Positions 13,420 through 27,000 are shown, counted from the whole stretch's first letter. The stretch is DNA of 61,581 bases, filler included, from Sluysia triapertura (GCA_046118255.1; 4 parts of 4 records of this genome joined end to end with filler, not necessarily neighbours in it); one strand, 5' to 3'. Program-made: numbers and translations. The notes: a model not told the origin generated them from the sequence alone.

Positions 13420-14410
13420 TGAGTATACCTCCACTGACTGAAAACTTTGGGGGCTTCCAATTTTTAATTTCTTCAATTATTTCCGGTCTTCCGAATAATT
13501 TCAACGATTCAAATTGACATATTTGTAATCGATGATGTTGAATTCATTTTTTAATTTCCCTTGATAATGAAGTCATTTTGTAAATTCTTTAATGTCACAT
13601 TCGAATCACGTTTATCCAATAAATAACGCATTATAAATAAGTCATTATTATTTAACTTAAAACGTTTGTGAATAATTTCTACTTCGTTTTCATTATCAAT
13701 AATTAATCGTAAAAAATTCGCACTTGAAGCATCAATTTTCTGCAAGTTTTCATAACTCACAAAATCGTTTTTTCTTAGTTTCAAAATTATTTTTTACTAA
13801 GCCGGTATAAAGAAATAAATTTACTTCAAACATTCGCTTTAATATATCACACGCATGTCTACCTTTAATAACTTTACTCAATTCTGCCCAAATACGTTCA
13901 CCAATAATATTTTTCTGACTATCAACATTTTGTTTGATATCAGATAAAATTTCTTGGACGTGTGAATCGGATTGTTCCGAAATTATCCCAAAAAGTCTAA
14001 AATATCGTAAAATTCTTAAATAATCTTCTTGAATTCGATTGACATTGTTTCCAACAAAACAGATAATATTATTTTCTAAATCTTTAATGCCACCAAGGTC
14101 ATCATAAACAAAATCATTTTCATCAAAGAATAAATAGTTAATAGTTAAATCACGTCTTTCGGCATCTATTTTCCAATCTTTTATAAATTGAACTTGTGCT
14201 CCTCGGCCATTAGTTACAACTTCAAATAGTAAATTATTTATTTCAAAATTTTCTTTATCATTAATTCTTTGGGTTATTGTATCATGTGATTCATCATTTA
14301 ACATATATTGAAATCTTAATTTTGAAAAATGATCTCTAACATTTATTAATTCTGTACGAGCTATTAATTGCCATTCAATGTTTTTTAACTTAAATATCGC
14401 TGAAGTAATT
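13420..14410 (-). pseudogene. TRNT1: Intronless, frameshifted CCA tRNA nucleotidyltransferase (TRNT1-like) copy; cargo of cassette A
   Basis: HDTITQRINDKENFEI, DWKIDAERRDLTIN, RIQEDYLRILRYFR, GERIWAEL and C-terminal EIKNWKPPKFSVSG match class II CCA-adding enzymes. No introns; frameshifts near 13770 and 13550; the N-terminal GGxVRD/DxD motif is not recognisable. Confidence 0.9.
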
Positions 14411-14588
14411 TTTACAATAATGAAAATTCAATAATGACAATAAGTAACTGATTGTAAAATAACAATAATCTAGTAAATATTTTTAGCTTTCTTTTTTAAT
14501 CACTCTAGTAAATTTTATTATAATGTACTATCGATAACTTGCCAATAAGAAACAACTTTTGTTAATTAATCTTCTTCATATTGTAAGT

Positions 14589-14853
14589 GGCTGCCCAATC
14601 AAAACACAAAAAGCAAACAATATTCATAATTTTAATTGGGCAGTCATCAAAATACTCAGTAATACTGATAGGCAGTACATGTAATGAGCTGTCATCAGTC
14701 GACAGTAAAGCAACGTCAAATGATTTAAAATGCCTGGCGACTGATGGCAGGTTAAATAATATGTAAATTTTTGTGTATGTTGTAAATACAACCACTATCA
14801 GTAGTGACAATGAATTGTAATTACGAATTAATGACGTCACCACTGGCAGTGGT
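14589..14853. repeat. Array of three 16-18-bp inverted repeats (cassette A leader)
   Basis: Stems at 14791-14808/14836-14853, 14689-14705/14734-14750 and 14589-14604/14630-14645, with 25-28-nt spacers. Confidence 0.85.
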
Positions 14854-14956
14854 AGTTACAGAATTAATAAATTAGTAAAATTGTTAATAAAAATAATGTA
14901 GAATTAAAATGATGATTGTAATAATAATAACAATAATGTTATTGTTGTTGTTGTTA

Positions 14957-14998
<42 letters not shown>

Positions 14999-15249
14999 TA
15001 AAATGCATAAACCTTTTAAAATATAAAGGACATGATCTTCCTAATATTTAACTTTCTTATTCTCGACATATTTGAAGTTCTTAACATGGTTGAGTATTAA
15101 AGAATTTAGGTTACCTTCACGGCTTATGTTATACTTCTAAGTCTTATGAATAAAATGTTTTTATGAAGTTTTTAATTATAAGCTGTTAATTCTGAAAGTG
15201 CATGTGACTCCGATGAGGTTAGACTATGAATTTGAGATGTTTTCAATTA

Positions 15250-15650
15250 TTTTGAAGGTGTAGTTGTAATTCTGATGTTGTAAAATAATGAATGGAATGT
15301 TTTAACTAGGTTTTAATGTGCATTAATATGTTTTAAATGAATTTTTAAATATACTTTGATGTTTTGAATAAAAGTAATGTTTCGATGTTAGAAGATTGTG
15401 AGTTGAACGTGTATTGAAAAGAGAATAGTTTAGTGGATCTGAAGGAGATAAATTATAACCCAGGTTTGGTACATTCTAAAAAGGTAGTTGCGCAATGTTG
15501 AAAATTATGATTATGATTACGTTGATATGAGACTATGTTTAAGAATGTTTTTAATGAATTTTTAAAATGTACATTGTAGATTCTGAAAGTAAATGTGGTT
15601 TTATGTGATGGTAGAATAAAATTTGTAAGAGTTACAGGTTGGCCACTACA
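15250..15650 (-). repeat. Upstream block shared by cassettes A and B
   Basis: Exact inverted matches 15328-15349 to 53280-53301 (22 nt) and 15429-15443 to 53183-53197 (15 nt), with collinear similarity between and beyond them. Confidence 0.8.
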
Positions 15651-17384
15651 ATTTTAATATGAATAGTAATTTAAGAGTAGAGGAAAATAATGAAGTCTGA
15701 CAAGAAGTACCATGTAACTGTCGCCTCGACTCTCAAAAGATGCTCAGATGATTTGTGTAAGAAAATGTTTGATTATAAAACTCAAACGTGATTGGATGAG
15801 AAAGTGTTAAAGGGGTTATTTGTAAAATTTTAAAATACAACAACGATTCTAATACGTTGGTGATCCAGAAAATTCAAGGAAAGGGTATTAATTATTAATT
15901 AAGTATTTTATTTTAAATTTCTTTGGTTTAAGGCGACGTCTATTGTTTAATTGTTTATTGTTTATTTTAATATTTTAACATTGATTAGTGGCATATTTTA
16001 TGTTCGTCATTACTCTAGGATCATTTTTTGTGTAATTTAATTTAACATTTCTGCTCATAATATTTATTTAGGATAATTTGTATTGATTGTAATATAAATA
16101 ATATAAATGAGGTTAAGTCTTATTTTGAGTTTTTAAATAATTAAACTAAATTGTTTAAAAGACGCAAAACCCACGCATTTCGAACTATTTATTTAGACTT
16201 TTTACAAAATAGAAGTCTCTTTTTAAATGAATTATTGTGTTACTGTATTATTTTTAAAATCTTAAATTGTTTGTTTTATTTGGTCAAACAAAATATTAAT
16301 TTCTAACAATAATTACTATATATATCTTAACAATTAAATTATATCGCAAATTGAAGCTTCAAAAATGGGCTTCATTATCTAGTGGATAATTTTGTAAAAA
16401 TGGTACTTAAACCTATGAAGCTTGAATCTGATTGGTTAAATCTGAAATTATTCGACCGTGTATGTATATATTCCAGATATTTTAGTATAATTATAGTTAC
16501 ATTGACATATAATGAGTCACCACTTCAGAAATATTTCAGATTAAAACAATCTTCCATTACTATTGCGTCTTGCACAAAAACAGACACTAATCGAATTCGT
16601 TCAGTCTTGATTGTGTAAGGTCATTCTGTCCGTACGTATTAAACAGAATTTATTTTATAATTTATTTCTCAACATTTTATGAACAATTGAAAGTTGATTT
16701 TCTTATATACTAAATGTTTTTTTACTTTGATTGTTATTAAATCGTTATAGCCGATTGTTCTTTCAAAATTGAATAATAATCACAGATAACATTGTAACTA
16801 AAGCGAAAATTAAATTAAACAAAATAACGAAATGTCATTAGTCGACACTGAAATGGAAAAGTACGTCGACAAAAAACGATTTTTAGCATTACTAATAACT
16901 ACATTATGATAATTACAAATGACAATGACGTTAAATGAAACCATTTGTGCAATCTAATCAGTCCGATTAGTTATAATGGTCACAGTTTGCATATTACGAT
17001 CGAACCATTAATTGATTATTTTATCGATTTAATAAAGAGTATTTTACAATGTGATTTAAATGGTTAACACAGATATTAAACATAATTGGTCGAATTAAGA
17101 TTAGTATTTCTGAAAATATCATCATCAAGGCACACAATAAATGGAGGTGGCTTACATAAAACGTCAGTCAAAATTCAAGGTTATAAGGAAAATATAGAAT
17201 CAAAGAAAATCATTCTTATTTGGAAGATCATATAGTCGGATATATATGTAAAATTTTATCATTATATATTACTAAAAATAAATTAAATTTGATTTGTTAA
17301 TTTTGATTGGTTAGTGACCTGTATATAAACATTCATTTTAATTTTTGTCAATATTAAAAAGTAGAGGTTGAAAGTAGACATCCA

Positions 17385-17450
<66 letters not shown>

Positions 17451-19299
17451 GAATAATAACAATATAATGTATAATAATAAATTTAATGTAGTAAAAGTCC
17501 TTTGTAATACATCTAAATACTTTAATGACCTTTAAAGTTAAAGATAAACAATTTTGTATTCGTAAATGTGTTGTATTATTACACATTGCCACGCACATCC
17601 AGTCTGCACAATCAATAGTGACATATCAAATACACCATCAATTTTATAAACAAAAGCAAAAATCACAAAGTCAATTAAAAACTCTCTCAATTTCTAAATC
17701 TGTAAATTCGATAGCGATTGGAACGTAGTCGCAGTTAAACATAATGCTATTTTACTGGTTTGTTTAAGTTGTAGACGTAAATTCGCACTTAAATCATTAT
17801 TCAATTACTCTAGTGAACGGAATCTTCAAAATTCCAACAAAGACCACTCGAATAATCAATACTTCATTCCCTGAATATACTTCACTCACGAAATGTCCCA
17901 AACATTTCAACTTAATAAAAGTTCATCCAATAAAAAGCATGAGGGAGTCAAGTCTATTGTCGAGTGTGCACATCCCACAGAAATGTGTTTTAGAAAGAAC
18001 TGCGTGTTCATTGTTCATGTATGAACTTTATGTCACGATTTGTATATATTAAATATTTCTACATATTTTGTATTTTATTGTTATATCATTAAAAACAATA
18101 GAAACTGTAAGTCGCTGACAAACTTATTTGTATTTTACGTAGTTGATTTAAATCGAGCCTTAAGCTCGAATATATTGAAAAAATATATATTTTATCACGA
18201 AAAATACAACTTATTTGAGAAATTATGAGCTCAACAGCGTATTGCAATAAATACTATTTATAGTATTTATAAACACCTTAAGGATTGATACTGAATGATT
18301 ACGATGAGAAATGCACTAAGTCTAGTAATTCTAACCGTTTGAGTGCTAAGGAATTTTCCGCTCCAAGTGCGGAATGAAATGCATTGTCATTTTTTGGAAA
18401 ACAATAAAATAGTTATAATTATTATATAACAAGTAATTTTGATGAACAAAAATATTTTTTATTCTCACAATGTTTTGCTGCATAAATTGTGTGGATTCCT
18501 TTTTTACTTATCGCGCAAAAAGCAGCGTCTCCTCATTCTCGATACAAAAAAAGAGAAGTACTATCGCGCTTCTTCGCATTTTTGGCATACGACTAGTGAA
18601 GCGCGATGGCATTCAAGGTTAATAAAATAAAATCTCAAAAATTAGATCACAACACATTACCAAAGCATTTCAAACACCCTAATAAAATCATAATTAGCAT
18701 ATATTTGAACTGTCTAAATATTCTTATCTCTAAATAGATAAATTATAATATTCGTTATAAGTGAATATAAAATATAAATCAAGTATTATTGATTCTTTGT
18801 TAAAATAATCCCTTTAAACTTAAAGCGCCTTTACAACTCTCATTTTAAATAGAGGAAACTTCCACAATATTATATAAATTACTTTAAAATCTAATTCAAC
18901 TTGTTGAATAAATATGTAATTCCTGTAGGCGATGTCTTTGGTGGGAATATAAAATGTACACCATAGATAAACCCATGCATAAAATCTAATTTTGCATATT
19001 GAAATAAGTAAACAGTTAGCAAATTATTGGCATCCGAATTGGGACAAAATAAGCACTGATATAAGTTTAAAATATTTGATTGTAAATCGCACTTAAGTTT
19101 AAAGTTAATTATCATTTTTTAATTCTAAATCTGTGGAGTTTTATGATAGAATATAATAGATAATAAAAGAATAATACAGATAATAGTAGAACAATACAGA
19201 TAGTAATAGAATAATACAGATAATAGAATATAATAGATAAAGTCACATAAGTATAAATTCATAATTTGAATTATTTACCTGGACCACGGGTTTTAAACG

Positions 19300-19920
19300 T
19301 TGATAATAACAATATTTATAATTCAGTGGATAATAATCAAACCAATGATTCTCGGGTTTAATTACAATTACGTAAAACCTAATAACGGCTCTCATAATGA
19401 AATAACGGATACTGAAATTAATGACAATATATCGTTAAACGAGTTTCAAACTATTCATCATATTCAAGCAAATATTAAATTCGCTAAATCAGTTTATCAT
19501 GAATCAACATCATTTCCGGTTTTACTTTTATCACAATCATCTAAATCATTATAAAATTACATATTGTAATTTTTACTCTTATGAATTAGTAAATTCTTTT
19601 GAATCAGATGTTTTAGTAACTAAATATTGAACAAAATTACACGAAGTCGATTTACAGATTCAATTTAAGAATTTGTCGACTAATTTTGTTAATAATTGTA
19701 ATAGTGAAATAGCTTTATATGTTATTAAAAAAATATCAAACATACAATGAAGTATTTCAGAGATTTATTAATGTTTTAAGACGATTAGAATTAGCATAAA
19801 TCAGTTGTATTAAGTTTTGTTAAATCATTCATCGTAAACAATGAATTACATGATGTTATCAAACTCCAAACAATATATTTGCAATATAAGATCATTGATA
19901 GATAAGATCAATTATAAAAT
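19300..19920 (+). pseudogene. Decayed ORF, possible distant copy (D) of the shared cassette domain
   Basis: HHIQ..YHESTSFPVLLLSQS versus copy A HRIQ..YHNLKNIESLLLKHA, and LQIQFKNLSTNFVNNCNSEIALYVIKK versus LNIIYINRFPYSINGKSDFELIKFKK. The composition is biased, so this is tentative. Confidence 0.35.
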
Positions 19921-20140
19921 AACAAATAATTATTTATAAAATTACGTCGTTGCACAAGCCATTTAGTGTAAGAATTAGATCACAGTTGTAGTGTCAACTC
20001 ATTCACCAACCTCTTACCCATCAATCATTAATATCCAATATGCAATACACCTCCGCCACATCATACACACAACAACACCGAAAACATAACACACTTTAAA
20101 CACAGTACATTAATACACCCTAAATTAAATAAAATATAAT

Positions 20141-20240
20141 NNNNNNNNNNNNNNNNNNNNNNNNNNNNNNNNNNNNNNNNNNNNTTAATTAATTAANNNN
20201 NNNNNNNNNNNNNNNNNNNNNNNNNNNNNNNNNNNNNNNN
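20141..20240. other. Artificial assembly linker (N44-TTAATTAATTAA-N44)
   Basis: Exactly 100 bp with a six-frame stop cassette. Identical linkers at 31617-31716 and 46335-46434. Confidence 0.97.
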
Positions 20241-20366
20241 CGGGTATTCTTAAGTACAGTCCATAAAACGGGTAATAATACTCGCCCCGCTCATAATGTG
20301 TTAATTCACTTCTTTGACTTTTGTGATATATTTGTAAAGGAAAATTAATGTTTAATAATAATAATA

Positions 20367-20409
<43 letters not shown>

Positions 20410-23400
20410 TAACTTTACTATTTTACTATCAATAGTTATAGTTTATCATTTAAGTGCCGGAAATTTTATGGCTTAATTTAAACGGTTATATACCCGCATT
20501 TAGAATTAATAATTTATTAATTAAATAAATTAGTATTATAATTAATTATAATATTAGTATTAATAATAATAATAATGGTAACGGTAATTATAATCAATAT
20601 AAATGATAATAATAATTAATAATAATTATAGTGATAAATAAAATGATAATAATAATATTTACTACAAAGTAAGTACTCAAAAGCGCTTAAAATAAATTAT
20701 CCACACAATATTTTTGAAACAGAAAGAACTTTGCCTTTTTCTTAAATATTTCGTAATATTCCAATAATTTAACATTCTCTGGTAGATTGTCAATATTCAT
20801 TATTATTTTCAAGAATTATTTAGGACTTCCATAATAGATTTATAAATTATTAATATGATTTTGAATTATCTTGTTGCTTTTAGTGCGGACCAGTAATTCT
20901 TTAAGATAAGATATTTTCTTCTTGCTTGGAAAATCTATTTATTATTAATTATAATTTTTGCACTTTTCTGAATGGAATCAAGTATAATATGCCGTTACGT
21001 TCTATGTTATTAGTTTTTTTGCTGTGATTTTGTCGTATTATTTTGTTAGTGTTTTTAATGTCTGAGGTCAGACATTTTCTTCGGGGATGAGATACTTTGG
21101 GATTACTAAGTTAGTGAATACAAAATAAGTTAGAAGATTAGAGAATTTAAAATATATGAGAAAAAGTGATATAAAATATCTGAAATATAATAATATAAGC
21201 ATAATTAAATTTTACTAGAGGAAGAATGATGAAGAAGAAAATGTTTTTAGTTATTTTGAAATCAGAGAATATCTTGGAGTTCCAAAGATAAAGATAACTT
21301 TGAACTTCTCAACTTTGGGATCATTTGAGACCTTTCTGATCTTCAGGAACCTTTGAAGACCTTCAAGTGACCTCTTAAAATGTTCAAGAATTAAAATCAT
21401 CGTTTATAATATAAAGGAAGTAGAAAAAGGAATCAGAGTGGTGAAGGTGAAACGATCGAGAGCCCCTTTAAGAACTTTATAGCATAGTAAGCATAAAATA
21501 AAATAAGTTAAAATAAATAAATAATTAAAATCTTAATTAACTTAAGAAAATTTGCGTTTGTGTGAATAACATTTGAATGGGGAATATTACATTAAAATTG
21601 TAACTGTGCATGCCTTTGTTTCAAAGAGATCTTCCAATGGAGATAAGGTTTAACGGAGCTCATGTAAGCAAAACTTCCCTATTGAGTAAAGTCGAATTTT
21701 AAAAAATGTTGAATTTTTCATATTTAGAATGATGAAAAAATAATGAATTGAATATGAAATGATTGCTATGAAAGAGGAGAATCTGAAAATGGGGTTGCTA
21801 TGTTTGTGAAATGGTTTGTTTGGGAATGAAAGCCTTAAACATTTCCAATTAGAAAGTTGATTATGAGGAATTGAAAATTAATTAAATTGCAACAGATAAA
21901 GTTAAATTCATCATTTTTAAGTATGTCATTAATAATAACAAATGCTATTTTAATGTAATAAGTGATTCATGGAATAAACAGATCGTGTAAAGAAAAATAA
22001 GAGTGATTGTTAATGGAATTTTTATGATACGCTTGACAGGTTATACCATGTAAATGTCAAAAGCATTATGATCGGTTTAATTTTTAAAGGAAGTTTTAAT
22101 GATTTATGTAAGAGTAATTCTTGATTGTGAATTTGGGAATGATTGAACGGCACAATAGTGTGAAAAGGAATACTTAAAAAATTTATAACATAACGCAAAA
22201 TGATGAAAATGATTGAAAAGAAAATGCATGCTTGGGTAATATTTTTAATCTTATTTTTATTTAATTTTTTAAATATTTGAATTTGACTAGTTTTTTATAT
22301 TATTTTGGGAATTCCCCTTTTGATATGAATTTAGATAAGTTTTATATATTGTTTTATAAGTGCCCGTTTGAAGTGAGATTTCATTATATAATTTAGAATT
22401 GATAATTTTGGGAATTTACTTTGCGTTTTAACTAGATTATGTTGCATAAAACCTGATTTGAAGATTAAGTTACATGAAATTGCTTATTTATAGTTAAAAA
22501 TTAATTTTTATTTGATAATTACTAAAAAATTATATTTTGGATAATATCTTTTTGTAGACTAAGTTACCTTTGTGATTATTTAAAATATATTGAAGTGTTT
22601 GTTATTTTAATTTTATTATTTGATTACTAGATTATTATTTTATTAATAGAAAATAATTTGTTAATGAGACAAGGGTTTAAGAATTACAATTACTATTTAT
22701 AATATTTTAATATAAAGCCCAATAATTTATTTATTTATTTCTATTTATGTTAGATTTGGAAATTTATATTTTGCATTTGATTCAAAAAGTAATATTAATT
22801 TAATTGAATTAAAATTAATATTAATTGAATAATTTTTTATGTAGATTGTTACAATATTTAACATGTTCTTTCTCCATTGATGATTTGATTATAAATGGCA
22901 TGATTTAAGAATAAATCAGTTACCAGAAGTTGCCATAAAAATGTTTCAACAGGAAAGACAAATATTGCATAGTTAGACTAATAGCTTACAAATATATACA
23001 CAAGAACAGGCATCAATTCATCAAGAGAGAAACATAAATAAAAAGTGATACAAGGTGACAACGATTCTAAAACAACAATCTTAACGCTATTAAATGACAA
23101 TATTAAATTTTGTTTGTGAAACTATACGATGTTATAAAAATTGATTTTGTGTTTTATATATTGTTTGATGATTTGATATTTTGTGTAATGTGATGATGTT
23201 TGTTTAAGATTTTGTATATAAGGAATGTGTTATTTTGTGTTAATATTTGCTTGCGACTATGTTTACAATTAGAGTGTTTTATCCCTGAGTTCACTACAGT
23301 TGCATTATTCAATACATTTACCAAATTCATAAACAGTTATAAATATTATAACTAAAATCATAATGGTAAATACAATAGGACTCAACAGAGAAACAATTTA

Positions 23401-23911
23401 ATAACCTACAATAAAACCTTTAATCGTACGGACACATTAATCAAAATTTATCAAAAAATATGGCTTATGTAAAATTAAAATTTATAAAGTTCATTGATAT
23501 CACAGTAGTCATATGTTTCGTGTCTTCAAAGAGGACTAATGTATATAAACCAATATAAAACACTTAATCAATCAGAACGAACTAATCCATAATAAAAACG
23601 AACCAGTTAATTAACACCAAATCCGAATTTAATATAATATTCACTATAACCAATAAAACATTCAACTAATCAGAAAACGATCTATACAAATTCAACTGAA
23701 GCGCGTGAGATTAAACCAGGTATCTCTCTATTCTCCAGGATATATCTTCGAAATATTTATCTAAAATATTAAAATGAAATTAGAATTAATATTTTTTGGA
23801 GTTTAATTTGGTTTATTTTGCTATAATATATTTATTTTGAGAATGATTATCAAAATATTATTTTATTATTTAAGAAATATAGTTTTATTTCTATTTTAAA
23901 ATATATTTAAG

Positions 23912-24064
23912 GTATGTATGCTAAGTTCCGCAGGCTACCATATATTTTTGTGTCATAATGAATCAACAAATATGTATTGGTTATCGGTGGATCTATTTGG
24001 CATTTGTACCGGATTGTTAGGTTGCTATATACCTGGAATATATTTGGCTTTTTACTGTTTTTGG
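23912..24064 (+). CDS. PAQR3: PAQR3-like (progestin and adipoQ receptor family) internal exon
   Basis: AG|VCMLSSAGYHIFLCHNESTNMYWLSVDLFGICTGLLGCYIPGIYLAFYCFW|GT; 153 nt, phase 0-0. Matches PAQR3 VCMLCSVGYHLFSCH..WMALDYAGISIGILGCYVSGVFYAFYC. Confidence 0.85.
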
Positions 24065-27000
24065 GTTAGAAATTTGATAAAGCATTAAATTTATTGCTCG
24101 TTAATTAAAGATTACGTTTAAACGATTATATGTAATTATTAGTTAATTAACTATGAATCATCTATAGACAAAGTGGTGCGGAGAAATTTAAATTAATTAT
24201 TTGACGAATGAGATTTTTCATTTCATATTATATATAAATATTACGCTAAACTTACTGCAGATTATCTAATGAAATGCGTAATTTAATTAATTACTTAGGT
24301 GCAGCTTTTAACCATTTAATAATGCGTTAATGTTTCGCCACAAAAGCTGTATCAATGAGTTATTATTTAATATATAAAAAGATTAAAGTAAATTCTTTAA
24401 CCAATGTATGTACGATCTGTTATCAATGAAGAGAAAATTAAATTCGAATTTTGGAAGATCTTAAAATATTTTACAATGATTTATAAAATTCGGTATAAAA
24501 AATGCTTAAAAACTACAATAAAACAAATATAGGAAGAAAACTTTGAATCGTAGATGTGAAACTAAAACTACGGAATATGGAATGTTATGTGGATTCAATA
24601 ATGAACATGGAAGAAAATATTAATTATATTTCGAAAAGTGTACATAAAGTGAAGAAAGTATTTCAATAAAGATAGGTCAAAACTAATTGTTCATTCATAG
24701 ATAACTAATTACATAGTTTGATTTACCATTTCCATACAGAAACATGCGAAAGTTACAAATATTATTAAATCTAACCTTAAATAATTAAATGGTTAACAGT
24801 AAAAGCAAGAGTAGAATTCAACGTCCTGATGGTAATCTATAAATGCTTACTATGTAGAAGTTATAGGTTTCTCATAAAAATAATAAAACGCAGAAATAGA
24901 AATGAATATAGAAATTTATATATATAGAAATTTATATGAAATACATGATAATGATATAAATAATATGTATGTACCGTTTATATTTCAAAATCCACAGCCA
25001 GTCACTTTATTTATAAACTTTACGTTAACTATTACGTCAGAGACGTAATGTAAATTATTAATAATTTGATTTGTTTAACAGTTTATCCACTAGTAAAATT
25101 AAGCTAGCCTTCTTACGGTTGATTGATATTTAACTATATTACTTCGAAAATAAAACCCACTTAATTAACATTTAGCTATATATAAAATTACTTCAAAAAC
25201 TAATTGGTACAATTCACAAAAATATAATAATAGACAGTTTAAGTGGTACTTAAGGGATAAATTTAAAATGATTTTGACCTAGCCTTTTTACGGTTTAGGA
25301 AATTTAATTAAAGTTACGCGCATTTTAGTTTTTTTCTACGCTTACGGTTAGAAAATTAAAACTTATGCAAATAATCTTACTTGTTTCTTACAACAGCTTC
25401 GTTTGACATCGATGATTAAATTAGATTCTTAATATTAATATAGCTTGAAAATTTCACTTCTATTTATTATGAAATTTTAGTCGCCATATTAATTGTTTAT
25501 TTTTTAAACAAAATATTTTGAATAAACAAAACTTAAAATTTTATTTATTTATTATTTAAAGTTTTACTTATTTATTTTTAAAATTTTTTTAATGTTTTAT
25601 TTGATATAATAAATAAAAAGATTTTAATAAATAATTAACAGATAAATATTTTTACAAATAATTATTAATTCTTTACAAATGTTGAATTTATGAATTAATT
25701 CAGGCTTAATATAATTCAATAATAATAAAATTCAATAATTAAATTTCTTCTTCAAACGATTACGAATACTTTCTTATGTCAATAAATTAATATTTAATTA
25801 ATAAATGTAAATAATTAGGCTTTCAATACAAATTCTGCAAAACATTAATATTCCTCAATGTCTTTAAGGCATTTTATAATAGATTCTCAACTTTAGTCAA
25901 TACACACTTTAGTCCTCAATAACACTTTAAATATCTTCGCTTATATAAATTATTTTTAATCAGCAACAACCTAAACTCTATCGTTTTACTAATTAATGTT
26001 TGCTCATTCTATCTAGAAGTCTGAGTTCGGATACTCGTTCCGATGACCGGGAATGTTTTATTTGCGAGGATACTCGACGTTGACTTTGATTGTTATATAA
26101 ATAAATATTATTTTGTTCTATTCTGTTTTATTTTTGCTTTGGGGTTCTCTCTTTCTACTTAACAATTAATTAATAAAGCAATAAATTCACAAAAAATTTT
26201 ATTTAACAAATATTTAAACACTTAATAGCAAAATATAAAATGGCAAATATTTTAATAATGATGAATTTTAATGTTAATAAAATTCATTATTTTAATTTTT
26301 CAGACAAAAAAAGCAATAATAATTACCATTACGTTCAACGCTTGATCCAATTAATAAAGTTCAGAAGACTCGAACGAATTCCAAAATTTGTGTGAAATAC
26401 TGTGTCAAATTCTATATCAAATTCTGTGCCAAGTATCTGTCAACTTCTGTAAAAAAACTTGTATGGAATTCCTTATACTACTGTCTGAAAATTCTACGCA
26501 CTATTATGTGGGTTGAAAATCAAATCGTCTATTTATACTATTTTTTATATGACGATAATTTATTAAATTCTACATGCAGAAGTAATAAAATTAGTAATGA
26601 TAATATACAATGCATCATTTAATAGTAATAATTTACAAGTAGTAGCTAATAATAATACACATAGTAATTATTGTTCTTTGTCTTAAATAATGATACTAAA
26701 TAATTTATAAGTAATAAAACATAATAATTATTCTTTTCTGTCTGAAATTTTTGTAATAAGTAATTTATAAATAATAAATATTAATGAGTGACACATACTT
26801 TTCATTGTTGATAAATTTTAATTTTATAGTATTTATATTAAATCTCACTTTAATATGGATTTTCTCGATTAGAATGCTTTTAAATTTGATATAACATTAT
26901 CCTCTCAATCTTTAATTTAAGTTAATTTTGATCGAGAATAATGTTATTAATTTTTAATTGTATAATAGTTTTATTAAATCTCAATTTAATATAATTTTAA

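Noticed and set aside
13750-14304. Bacterial HGT or contaminant origin of the CCA enzyme
   Set aside because: Motifs (DAERRDLTIN, RIQEDYLRILRYFR, W..P.F.VSG) follow animal TRNT1 and the sequence is contiguous with host gene DNA; a phylogeny would be decisive.
14680-14710. Hammerhead ribozyme (CTGATGA on the minus strand)
   Set aside because: CTGATGA sits inside a long stem and I found no correctly placed GAAA with stems I-III.
14844-14865. miR-34-like TGGCAGTG here and miR-2-like TATGACAGCCA near 53986
   Set aside because: Only seed-length resemblance, and in the wrong position within the hairpins.
20185-20196. TTAATTAATTAA palindrome recurring three times
   Set aside because: Always centred in exactly 100 bp of N; an artificial six-frame-stop linker.
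22845-23060. Possible exon (LRINQLPEVAIKMFQQERQILHS)
   Set aside because: In-frame stops and no recognisable homology.
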